From a virus (Duplodnaviria; Caudoviricetes): DNA of 26,931 bases. The stretch lies in IMG/VR virus record IMGVR_UViG_3300011338_000286, positions 1 to 26,931 of that record. The stretch is one strand, 5' to 3'. The notes under the pieces were generated by a model, which worked only from the letters and a program-made list of their open reading frames with translations, was not told where the DNA came from and ran no database searches. A program made the position numbers and the translations under genes. Shown piece by piece: positions 7,297 through 15,034 of this stretch (the stretch's first letter is position 1; each line of letters begins with the position of its first letter).

Positions 7297-7417
7297 TTAC
7301 CTTCTCCAGTTCCAACAATTTCTTGTATGTCTCAGGGTAGGCTTGTGATAAGCGTACCAAAGCGCGATCTCGCGCCCGTCTGTAATTGCGATAGTGAATA
7401 GCTTGCTTGCCACTCAC
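7154..7417 (-). CDS. Hypothetical protein with Arg-rich N-terminus (YRNYRRARDRALVRL)
   Basis: GTG 7417 (or ATG 7441); 3' half overlaps the transglycosylase gene. Confidence 0.6.
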   Translation of the reverse strand: MSGKQAIHYRNYRRARDRALVRLSQAYPETYKKLLELEKVNDETTGAKWFDIDGSNSLIVGVSAGGGEQEPAPETNNYFTEGESDDK

Positions 7418-7424
7418 CCTCTTC

Positions 7425-7514
7425 CTACTTATCTCCTTCATTAAGTTTATCCTCCACCACTATTAGTGCGTATATGGTGAGCAATACTACCAGCATCCCT
7501 ATAAAGAACATCAT
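7425..7514 (-). CDS. 29-aa single-pass membrane peptide (MMFFIGMLVVLLTIYALIVVEDK...); not in ORF track
   Basis: ATGA coupling to the upstream gene, about 20 hydrophobic residues. Confidence 0.6.
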   Translation of the reverse strand: MMFFIGMLVVLLTIYALIVVEDKLNEGDK

Positions 7515-7771
7515 TGGCTATCTCCCTTTAAAGTCTGGTATAGCTCGGTCACATCAAGCGGTTGCCCCACTGGTAGGGCGTCTAAATCATCGCTCTCCCA
7601 CCCTGATACCAGCAACCTAGATCCGCGTGGCGCTAGATGCAGCCAAGATACCGCATCGAAGACTCGCTCTCCGCCCCATCTAGTCTCGCCGTCTGGTTCT
7701 ATCACTTCATAGAATAACTTTAACCCCGATTTGACGGGGTGAAAGGCTATTACTTTACCTAGTTTATCCAT
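7511..7771 (-). CDS. Hypothetical protein, 86 aa
   Basis: ORF within the tightly coupled leftward operon. Confidence 0.7.
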   Translation of the reverse strand: MDKLGKVIAFHPVKSGLKLFYEVIEPDGETRWGGERVFDAVSWLHLAPRGSRLLVSGWESDDLDALPVGQPLDVTELYQTLKGDSQ

Positions 7772-7997
7772 TGCTCTTATCCTCTCCAGTTAGTAGTAAT
7801 CCATTAGTGATAAGGCTAGCCCAGATATCCTCCGCCGGTCTATCCTCTTCTACCGCCTTGATTAGGTTGATCTCTTCCATAGCTCTCACCATTCTCAATA
7901 GGTTACGCGTACCATTCTTGGTATCGCCTTCGATTAACTGCTCTACGCCGATCTTTCGGCATAGTTCTGCCTTCTTCTCCCAATATTCTAGGTTCAT
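7764..7997 (-). CDS. Hypothetical protein, 77 aa
   Basis: TAATG coupling and GGAG RBS. Confidence 0.7.
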   Translation of the reverse strand: MNLEYWEKKAELCRKIGVEQLIEGDTKNGTRNLLRMVRAMEEINLIKAVEEDRPAEDIWASLITNGLLLTGEDKSNG

Positions 7998-8101
7998 TAG
8001 TCATCTCCGTATAGTTCATCTAGTGTGTCGTAGGTTTCATCTTCGCCCTCTTCTTCGTCTAATCCGAGGGCTATATCGTCTTCTAGGCGTGGCTCACTCA
8101 T
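7997..8101 (-). CDS. 34-aa highly acidic peptide (MSEPRLEDDIALGLDEEEGEDETYDTLDELYGDD); not in ORF track
   Basis: Fills the gap exactly and is coupled at both ends; 16 of 34 residues D/E. Confidence 0.7.
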   Translation of the reverse strand: MSEPRLEDDIALGLDEEEGEDETYDTLDELYGDD

Positions 8102-8339
8102 CATCTACCTCACTCTCGCACTCATCACAAGCGCAAGCGATTACCTGCGCGTCTCCTAACACTTCGCCAGCACCTAACGCTAGCCACTCTTGATCGTCAC
8201 ACCAGTAAAAAATATCCGGATCTTCTGGGTGCTGATCTAACTTATCTGCCCACTCTGTCGGTATCAGGGCGAAAGTGCGAACCTTCTCGCTCTCGCCCTC
8301 TACCACCGTCCAGAATTGTGCGGTTTTTAGTTGACTCAT
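8094..8339 (-). CDS. Hypothetical acidic protein with C-terminal CACDEC
   Basis: AAGGAG RBS, TAATG coupling. Confidence 0.7.
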   Translation of the reverse strand: MSQLKTAQFWTVVEGESEKVRTFALIPTEWADKLDQHPEDPDIFYWCDDQEWLALGAGEVLGDAQVIACACDECESEVDDE

Positions 8340-8461
8340 TACTTACTCTCCTTCTCTTCATACCACGCATAGCATTGGTCGCATAGATTATCATCTGGAA
8401 ATTGCGGATCAAAGAACTCTTTACCGCATACTTTATTATCCCTACCTACGCATTTAGCCAT
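8339..8461 (-). CDS. 40-aa four-Cys zinc-finger-like peptide (MAKCVGRDNKVCGKEF...LCDQCY); not in ORF track
   Basis: TAATG coupling at both ends. Confidence 0.7.
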   Translation of the reverse strand: MAKCVGRDNKVCGKEFFDPQFPDDNLCDQCYAWYEEKESK

Positions 8462-8640
8462 TACTCGCCCTCACTCTCTTTAGCAATTTGCTCTTTCAGA
8501 TAGTCAATAGCTACCTGCCTACCATTTTTATATCCGGTGCCTACTATTACGCGGGGGGCGATCTCTCGCGCCATTAACGCGTTTAGCATCTCTTGATTAG
8601 ACATATTGGCGGTATCGTATAGATCATATTTATATGGCAT
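8461..8640 (-). CDS. Hypothetical protein, 59 aa (MPYKYDLY...)
   Basis: TAATG coupling places the start at 8640. Confidence 0.65.
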   Translation of the reverse strand: MPYKYDLYDTANMSNQEMLNALMAREIAPRVIVGTGYKNGRQVAIDYLKEQIAKESEGE

Positions 8641-8828
8641 TACTCTTCCTCTCCACAATCGCATAGGTGTCCGCAGGTATAGCAGACATATGCACCGGAC
8701 ATATGAGCGCTATATCCATAGGTACGGATATTTCGATCACCATCTGGCTTTAAACGGTAATAGCGCCCATTACTATCTTGCAAGGTTGCGCCGTCTATCT
8801 CTCTAGTCTGCTCTAGTGTGTAGCTCAT
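8640..8828 (-). CDS. Hypothetical protein with C-terminal CYTCGHLCDC
   Basis: ORF preceded by the GAGAGTGA motif. Confidence 0.7.
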   Translation of the reverse strand: MSYTLEQTREIDGATLQDSNGRYYRLKPDGDRNIRTYGYSAHMSGAYVCYTCGHLCDCGEEE

Positions 8829-8933
8829 TACTCTCTCACTCTCTCTAACTTAGGGCGATCTACCCTCCACCCTCCCCTGCTACCGATAACAAGGGAGGAT
8901 AGATAGCGTACCGCTATAGGTGACTATACCCTA

Positions 8934-9536
8934 TTAGTCTACGTATCGCATAGGCATAAGCAGGGCACGCCAGATAATTTTATCGCCGGTAATTCTTACA
9001 CGCATAATTGAATTATTACCCGTAAAATAGATCTTGATAGCCTCACCCTTACCCGCTATCTTGGCATAATCCGCCATATACGCAGGGTTAAAGGCTACGC
9101 CCTCTATTGCTACTGTTTTACCCTCACTCTCGGTTAATATCTCTTGCATAGGCGGATAGTTATCTTCCACTAGGTTAAAAGTAACGCTATCTCCCACTGA
9201 GCTAATCGTCATAGCGTCCCCTACGCGGTGGATATTTACTAGGTGCAACTTATGAGCCTTTAAAAGGGTAATAGTACGCTTGATATCGTCTAGCGCGATA
9301 AGGCTAGCGTCTAGCCCTCCGTCGCTATAGCGTACCGCGCCCTCGATTAAACGGTATTTATCGGTAGCACGGGCGATTAGATCACCGCCCGCCCCCTCTA
9401 CCTGCACCGCATTAAGGGCGCGTAGCTCTTTATCCTTAGACGCGTGCGTACTAACGCCCTCTAGTAGCTCTAGCAGACTCTCGCCCGCTATCTCTACATA
9501 ATTAAGGCTAACCTTATTTTCTTGTATCGTGTCCAT
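8934..9536 (-). CDS. DNA polymerase III beta-clamp (DnaN)-like protein, two-domain form
   Basis: LNAVQVE...ARATDKYRL, NYPPM, AFNPAYMAD, C-terminal ALLMPMR correspond to DnaN domains 2-3. Confidence 0.8.
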   Translation of the reverse strand: MDTIQENKVSLNYVEIAGESLLELLEGVSTHASKDKELRALNAVQVEGAGGDLIARATDKYRLIEGAVRYSDGGLDASLIALDDIKRTITLLKAHKLHLVNIHRVGDAMTISSVGDSVTFNLVEDNYPPMQEILTESEGKTVAIEGVAFNPAYMADYAKIAGKGEAIKIYFTGNNSIMRVRITGDKIIWRALLMPMRYVD

Positions 9537-9641
9537 ATATTCACTCTCTCACTCTCTCACCCTCGCCTGCAATTCACCGGCCAGGGGTCTGCTAGTTGCA
9601 GATAGCGACGCACGGCGTTAACCGTGCGCCACTATTCGCCC

Positions 9642-9776
9642 TTAGTAGTCGCGCCCTCTAATCTTGCAATAGATCCAATATACGCCCTCTACCACTAGCC
9701 AAGAGGCAACGCCTATTGCCCCGATTACCACTAGCGAGCCTAAGACGCTTAGTATGTAGGCGAGATCGTCGCTCAT
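9642..9776 (-). CDS. 44-aa membrane peptide (MSDDLAYILSVLGSLVVIGAIGVASWLVV...); not in ORF track
   Basis: TAATG coupling, long hydrophobic segment. Confidence 0.65.
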   Translation of the reverse strand: MSDDLAYILSVLGSLVVIGAIGVASWLVVEGVYWIYCKIRGRDY

Positions 9777-10129
9777 TAGATCGCCTCTTGCTTAAGTGAG
9801 TAGCCCGCGTCACCCTCTACCGCGCCACGATATAAGACACTCGCTAGCGTGTAGACGGTATGGAAGCCCATATCCATTCCCGCGCCCTGCACTCTAATAG
9901 CGCGTTGACCGTTGCGCTCTACTAGACGCCACCCCATAGCGTACGCGGCGTAATAGGTTATATCTATGATCTCACCGCCCTGCGCTATGAATAGCGAGAT
10001 ATCGCGGCTCATACCGCTAGAGCTTACGTAGCGAATTAGCGTGTAAACGGTGTCGTTAGGCGCTAAGTAGTGATCGGTTAGGCGCTCAATCGCGTAGCCT
10101 TGATCCTCTTTATTTATTGCAGTAGTCAT
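9776..10129 (-). CDS. Hypothetical phage protein, 117 aa
   Basis: Globular-looking sequence with VSSSGMSR and GMDMGFH motifs. Confidence 0.75.
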   Translation of the reverse strand: MTTAINKEDQGYAIERLTDHYLAPNDTVYTLIRYVSSSGMSRDISLFIAQGGEIIDITYYAAYAMGWRLVERNGQRAIRVQGAGMDMGFHTVYTLASVLYRGAVEGDAGYSLKQEAI

Positions 10130-10133
10130 TTCT

Positions 10134-10370
10134 TTATTCCCCTCTCATATAGGCACGGTGCAGGTCTAATATCTGGCTAATCATATTTATTAGGTAATCC
10201 GTACTTAGATCCTCTACATCGGTATCATCTTCTAATCCATAAAGTCTGCCGATTAGATCTACGGTTACATTTTCGACGTGCGTATCTTGATCCTTTACGT
10301 ATGTAGAAAAATTAGCGTAATTTTCTATTACGTCTTCAATATCTTTTAAAGTGGTTAATTCCATAGACAT
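10134..10370 (-). CDS. Hypothetical acidic protein, 78 aa
   Basis: AGGGGA RBS upstream. Confidence 0.7.
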   Translation of the reverse strand: MSMELTTLKDIEDVIENYANFSTYVKDQDTHVENVTVDLIGRLYGLEDDTDVEDLSTDYLINMISQILDLHRAYMRGE

Positions 10371-10374
10371 TTAC

Positions 10375-10545
10375 TTATTCCCCCTTTTCTTCATAAAGTA
10401 CTCGCAACTTATCGGCAAGATTATCCCAATATTCTAAGTGCTTCTTATAAGCATATTCATCTTGATTAATTTCTTTCGACGATTGAATTTCACGGGTCGC
10501 TAGCGAATAAAGATGTAGCAGATCATTTCTAGTTAATTCTTTCAT
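10375..10545 (-). CDS. 56-aa first gene of the leftward operon (MKELTRNDLLHLY...); not in ORF track
   Basis: Preceded by AGTTAGAGAGTGA; ends 4 nt before the next start. Confidence 0.7.
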   Translation of the reverse strand: MKELTRNDLLHLYSLATREIQSSKEINQDEYAYKKHLEYWDNLADKLRVLYEEKGE

Positions 10546-11389
10546 ATTTTCACTCTCTAACTTTATCGGTATGGGGCGCAGGGTTGCGCCTTGGTTTACT
10601 TGTAGTCGCGCTATGGGGTAGAGCGCAAGCCTATCTGCGGGCTATTTTCTAGCCGTATCGGGTGGCACTACGGGGGAGAATTCCGGCGCGGTGAGCTATG
10701 GCGCCAGGGCTTGCACCTTGATCTGGTATGGGGCGGGCGGTCTCCGTAGATATCGGGGCGCTCACCGTTAGGCGGTTGCCTAGTTGTGGCACGGTCGATC
10801 GGCTATCGGTTGCAGGGTGGCGCAAGGTTAGGGCGGTTGTTTAATTGCGGTTACTTAAACGGTTAGGGGTTGCCGATAGGGTAGACCGCCCCAAAATACT
10901 TTACAACAACACCTTAGACATAACCGCCCGCCGTGTCTAGCCCCGCCCCGCGCAGAAAACGCACCCCCCGTTGTTAATATCCGTGACTATGTATGTTATG
11001 TACCCCAGAAAAATATATTTGCTAAAGTTAAACCGTGTAAGATCCGGTACCGTACCCCCGTCTGAGCAGGACTTATAGTATATGTGACTAACGTCACACG
11101 CCGAAAACAGGAAATGGCCTTAATTTCCCGCCTTAGGTATAGTAGGGAGCAAAGCTCAGCAGTGATCTGCTTTGCGACCGTATGGCTGCCTCTTACGAGG
11201 CCCCTAGGCCGAGTACCAACTTACCCCTCACTTCGCTGTGGCTCGTTCGGGCGCTAAGCCCGACGCTAGCGGGCGCTTTTTAGTGGGGATAGTTCTATTA
11301 ATCCGCTGCGCCTAGTAATTGAAATTCCCCAACCTAGTATAAGAATGAACATTTCGCGCCTCTCGCGGCGCTCTAGTAGGGGGCATTAC
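10546..11389. promoter_or_regulatory. Divergent non-coding control region (promoters; possible origin, pac site or genome end)
   Basis: About 840 bp with no credible gene between divergent operons; short repeats and a GC-skew flip near 10885. Confidence 0.75.
11083..11098. promoter_or_regulatory. CRP/GlxR-type operator TGTGA-N6-TCACA
   Basis: TGTGActaacgTCACA is a perfect consensus in intergenic DNA; TATAGT at 11138-11143 lies downstream. Confidence 0.7.
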
Positions 11390-13249
11390 GTGGCAGAGAA
11401 CTCGGCAGACATCGCCAAGAGAATTATCCTTGGCGCTGTAGCAGAAGGTATGACCATAGACGCGGCCTGTAGTTCGGCTGGTAAGTCTATGAAGACTTAT
11501 GAGTACTACCGCCGCACAGATAAGATTTTTGCAGATAAGATTGACCGTACTAGGCTAGGACTGAAAGAAAAGTCTTTCGCCTCCGGCGACGTTCACGATA
11601 TTGATTTTGCCGAGTTCCGTCAACGCTTCCTGCACTCCAAGACTTTTCCTCATCAACAGAACCTAGTAGATGTGATCGAAGGGCGTGAACCTTCGTGGCT
11701 ACACCCGGCGATGAAGTATGAACCAGGTCTAGCCTCAAACCGTGTGCTTATCAACATCCCACCAAACCACGCCAAGTCCATTACGATCACGGTTGACTAT
11801 GTGACTTGGAAGGTTGCACAGAACCCCAACTTCCGTGTTCTGATTGTATCCCAAACGCAGCAACTAGCTGCTGACTTTCTCTACGCCATCAAGCAACGTC
11901 TCACACACCCAATGTACTCTGATCTACAAAGTGCGTATGCTGCTGGCGTAGGGTTTAACTCTAAGACAGCCTCTTGGCAGGCAACCCGTGTCACCTTCGG
12001 TGATGAACTCCGCGAGTCTAGCGAAAAAGACCCGAACATCGAGGCCGTCGGTATCGGCGGTCAGATCTACGGTAAACGCGCAGATATGATTATCGTAGAC
12101 GACGCGGTGACTCTAAAGAACGCTAATGAGTTTGAAAAGCAGATCCGCTGGTTAACCCAAGACGTGCGATCTCGTTTGAACCCTACTGGTAAATTGATCG
12201 TTATCGGTACCCGTGTGGCATCCGTTGATCTATACCGCGAGCTACGCTCTGAGGATCGCTACCCTGGTGGCTTAGTTCCTTGGAAGTATCTTGCGATGCC
12301 GGCCCTTCTTGAACCACACGAAGATCCTGACAAGTGGATTACCTTATGGCCTAAGTCAGATGCTCCATTTGATGGACAACTAGAAGCCGATAAAGACGAA
12401 GACGGTCTATATCCTCGTTGGTCTGGTCGTAACTTATATAACGAACGCCAAGCGATGGATGCTAGTACCTGGGCTTTGGTATATCAGCAACAAGATGTTT
12501 CCGAAAACGCCGCCTTTGATCCTGTATGTGTTAAGGGTTCGATTGACGGTATGCGTAAAGCAGGGCGCTTGGAACCAAGCAGCCCCGGACATCCAAAAGA
12601 TTTAAGTGGCTTTTCTATTATCTGCGGTATGGATCCGGCGATTGTCGGCGATACCGCTGCGGTCTGTTACGCGATTGATCGCTCCACTAATAAGCGCTAC
12701 ATCGTAGACGTGATGAAGGTTACTAGACCATCGCCACAGCAGATCCGCGACATTATCCTTAACTGGACTTCGCTCTATTCACCGAGTGAATGGATTATTG
12801 AGAAGAACGCGTTTCAGGCTTTCTTAACTCAGGATGAAGGCATCCGTCAATTTTTATCAAGTCGCGGCGTTCTATTAAAAGAACACCACACTGGTTCTAA
12901 TAAGTGGGACTCTGGCTTCGGTGTGGCATCTATGGCAACGCTCTTTGGTACTAAGCAGGCCGATGGCAAGCACCACCGAGATAACTTAATACATTTACCT
13001 AGTGACCAGACTGAAAACGTCAAGGCTCTTATCGAGCAGTTGATTACGTGGACACCTACCACTAAGGGTAAAACAGATATCGTGATGGCACTTTGGTTCT
13101 GTGAAATCCGAGCACGCGAGATGCTCAACTACGGTCAGTACGCCAGCCACCATCTAAAGAACCCATTCCTATCTCGTCGTGAGATGGGCAAGCGAGTAGT
13201 AATTAACATTGACCAAATGCTCGCAGAGCAGAATAAAACATTCATCTAA
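11390..13249 (+). CDS. terL: Terminase large subunit with N-terminal HTH extension
   Basis: Walker A IPPNHAKS, Walker B IIVDD, coupling motif VIGTR, nuclease GMDPA, IEKNAFQ, DIVMALWF; start GTG 11390 after AGGGGG. Confidence 0.93.
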   Translation: MAENSADIAKRIILGAVAEGMTIDAACSSAGKSMKTYEYYRRTDKIFADKIDRTRLGLKEKSFASGDVHDIDFAEFRQRFLHSKTFPHQQNLVDVIEGREPSWLHPAMKYEPGLASNRVLINIPPNHAKSITITVDYVTWKVAQNPNFRVLIVSQTQQLAADFLYAIKQRLTHPMYSDLQSAYAAGVGFNSKTASWQATRVTFGDELRESSEKDPNIEAVGIGGQIYGKRADMIIVDDAVTLKNANEFEKQIRWLTQDVRSRLNPTGKLIVIGTRVASVDLYRELRSEDRYPGGLVPWKYLAMPALLEPHEDPDKWITLWPKSDAPFDGQLEADKDEDGLYPRWSGRNLYNERQAMDASTWALVYQQQDVSENAAFDPVCVKGSIDGMRKAGRLEPSSPGHPKDLSGFSIICGMDPAIVGDTAAVCYAIDRSTNKRYIVDVMKVTRPSPQQIRDIILNWTSLYSPSEWIIEKNAFQAFLTQDEGIRQFLSSRGVLLKEHHTGSNKWDSGFGVASMATLFGTKQADGKHHRDNLIHLPSDQTENVKALIEQLITWTPTTKGKTDIVMALWFCEIRAREMLNYGQYASHHLKNPFLSRREMGKRVVINIDQMLAEQNKTFI

Positions 13250-13262
13250 CTAAGGACATAGA

Positions 13263-15017
13263 GTGCTAACAGTTAAAGAGATTGACGCGAAGCTAGCGCG
13301 TTTGCGTACCAAGTACGCCCCACGCGATCAGCGTATGCGCGACGTTCTCTCTGTACGTCAGGGAGACTTGTCCAAAGTATTCCCTTCGATGTTCTCCGAG
13401 GATTACCCAAAGCCGCTAGTTGCTAACTTCATTGACGTTGCAGCACGTGACTTGGCTGAAGCCGGCGCACCAATGCCATCCTTTAACTGCTCAGCAACCA
13501 ATATGGTTTCAGATGCTCAGCGCAAAGCTGCTGATACTAGAACCCGTATCGCAAACTATTACGTTTCATTCTCAGACCTAGCGTTGCAGAACTATAACAA
13601 CGCTGATTGGTACAACACCTACGGTATGTCTATCGGTATGGTTGAAATGGATTACGAGAACAACAATCCTCGTATCCGTATGATTGACCCAACGGGTGCT
13701 TACCCAGAGATTGACCGCTTCGGTCGTACGATCTCGTTGACCCAGTTGATTATGTCTGATGCTGATACCTTATCAGCGCAGTTCCCAGAGTTTGCAGACC
13801 AGATCCTAAAGAAGAATAACTTCCAACCAGGATCTCCGTATATGACGATGATCCGTTACCACGATGCAGAGCAAGATCTTATCTACTTGCCAGATCGTAA
13901 TAACTTGGTTCTATCTCGTGTACCAAACCCAGTAGGTAAGTGTTTAGCCCGTGTTCGTATTCGCCCATCACTGGACAATCAAGCACGTGGTCAGTTCGAT
14001 GATGTCTTGGCTGTACAACTCGCTCGTGCTCGTTTTGCTATCTTGCAGATCCAAGCAGCTGAGAAGTCAATCCAAGCACCTATTGCTATTCCACAAGATG
14101 TACAAGAACTTGCACTCGGCCCTGATGCGATTATGCGTTCTGCTAATCCACAAGGTATCCGTCGTGTAGGTCTTGAACTTCCTGCTGGTGTCTTTACTGA
14201 GTCAGGTGTATTAGAGCGCGAACTTCGTCTCGGTGCTCGTTATCCTGAATCACGCTCTGGTCAAATTGACGCATCTGTTGTTACTGGTCGTGGTGTGCAA
14301 GCACTACAGGCTGGATTCGATACACAGATCAAAGCAGCGCAAGCACAGTTTGCACGTCTGTTTGAAGAACTTATCGGTCTTTGCTTTGAAGTAGATGAAA
14401 AGATCTTCGGCGGCATTATGAAGACTATCAAGGGAACAGACGATGGAACCCCATATACACTTAAGTACATACCATCCCGCGACATCAAGGGTGAGTACGG
14501 CGTGGATGTTCGCTATGGCATTATGTCTGGTATGGATCCTAATCGCGCTGTCATCGCTTTACTTCAGATGCGTTCGGATAAGCTCGTATCCAGAGATTAC
14601 GTACGTCGTGAGTTACCGGTAGAGATCAATGTTACGCAAGAAGAACAGCGCGTGGATATTGAAGAGATGCGCGACTCCTTACGCATCGCGGTCGCACAGT
14701 ACGCGCAAGCGATCCCGCAGATGGCGGCACAGGGTCAAGACCCGACACAAGTTGTTACTCGCATTGCTGAAGTTATTTCAGGCCGTCAAAAGGGACTTTC
14801 ACTAGAGTCCATTGTAGAAAAAGTATTTACTCCACCAGCACAACCAGCGCAACCTGAGATGCAAGCACCAGGTATGCCTCCTATGTCTCCAGCAGCAGGT
14901 GCGGCCCCCGCCCCTGCCTCGCAGCAACCTCCACAAGAACAAGGTGGTACGGCCCCTGCTGCTGGTCAAAAACCTGATATAGCCACACTACTAGCCGGTA
15001 TTACCGGTGCAGCGTAA
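13263..15017 (+). CDS. Portal protein
   Basis: 584 aa directly after terL; helical body with Pro/Gln/Ala-rich tail; AAGGA RBS. Confidence 0.8.
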   Translation: MLTVKEIDAKLARLRTKYAPRDQRMRDVLSVRQGDLSKVFPSMFSEDYPKPLVANFIDVAARDLAEAGAPMPSFNCSATNMVSDAQRKAADTRTRIANYYVSFSDLALQNYNNADWYNTYGMSIGMVEMDYENNNPRIRMIDPTGAYPEIDRFGRTISLTQLIMSDADTLSAQFPEFADQILKKNNFQPGSPYMTMIRYHDAEQDLIYLPDRNNLVLSRVPNPVGKCLARVRIRPSLDNQARGQFDDVLAVQLARARFAILQIQAAEKSIQAPIAIPQDVQELALGPDAIMRSANPQGIRRVGLELPAGVFTESGVLERELRLGARYPESRSGQIDASVVTGRGVQALQAGFDTQIKAAQAQFARLFEELIGLCFEVDEKIFGGIMKTIKGTDDGTPYTLKYIPSRDIKGEYGVDVRYGIMSGMDPNRAVIALLQMRSDKLVSRDYVRRELPVEINVTQEEQRVDIEEMRDSLRIAVAQYAQAIPQMAAQGQDPTQVVTRIAEVISGRQKGLSLESIVEKVFTPPAQPAQPEMQAPGMPPMSPAAGAAPAPASQQPPQEQGGTAPAAGQKPDIATLLAGITGAA

Positions 15018-15034
15018 CCGAAGGAGGTGCAAAA

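Noticed and set aside
10598-10628. Leftward sigma70-type promoter TTGCGC-N18-TACAAG
   Set aside because: Position is plausible but the -10 match is too weak to call
11345-11389. ORF-track N-terminal extension of terL (also at 33, 1656, 1997, 3488, 4183, 24316, 25150, 26145)
   Set aside because: Downstream starts fit RBS positions and stop-start coupling better
10546-11389. CRISPR array or tRNA in the non-coding region
   Set aside because: Repeats are short, degenerate and irregularly spaced; no cloverleaf with a T-loop found
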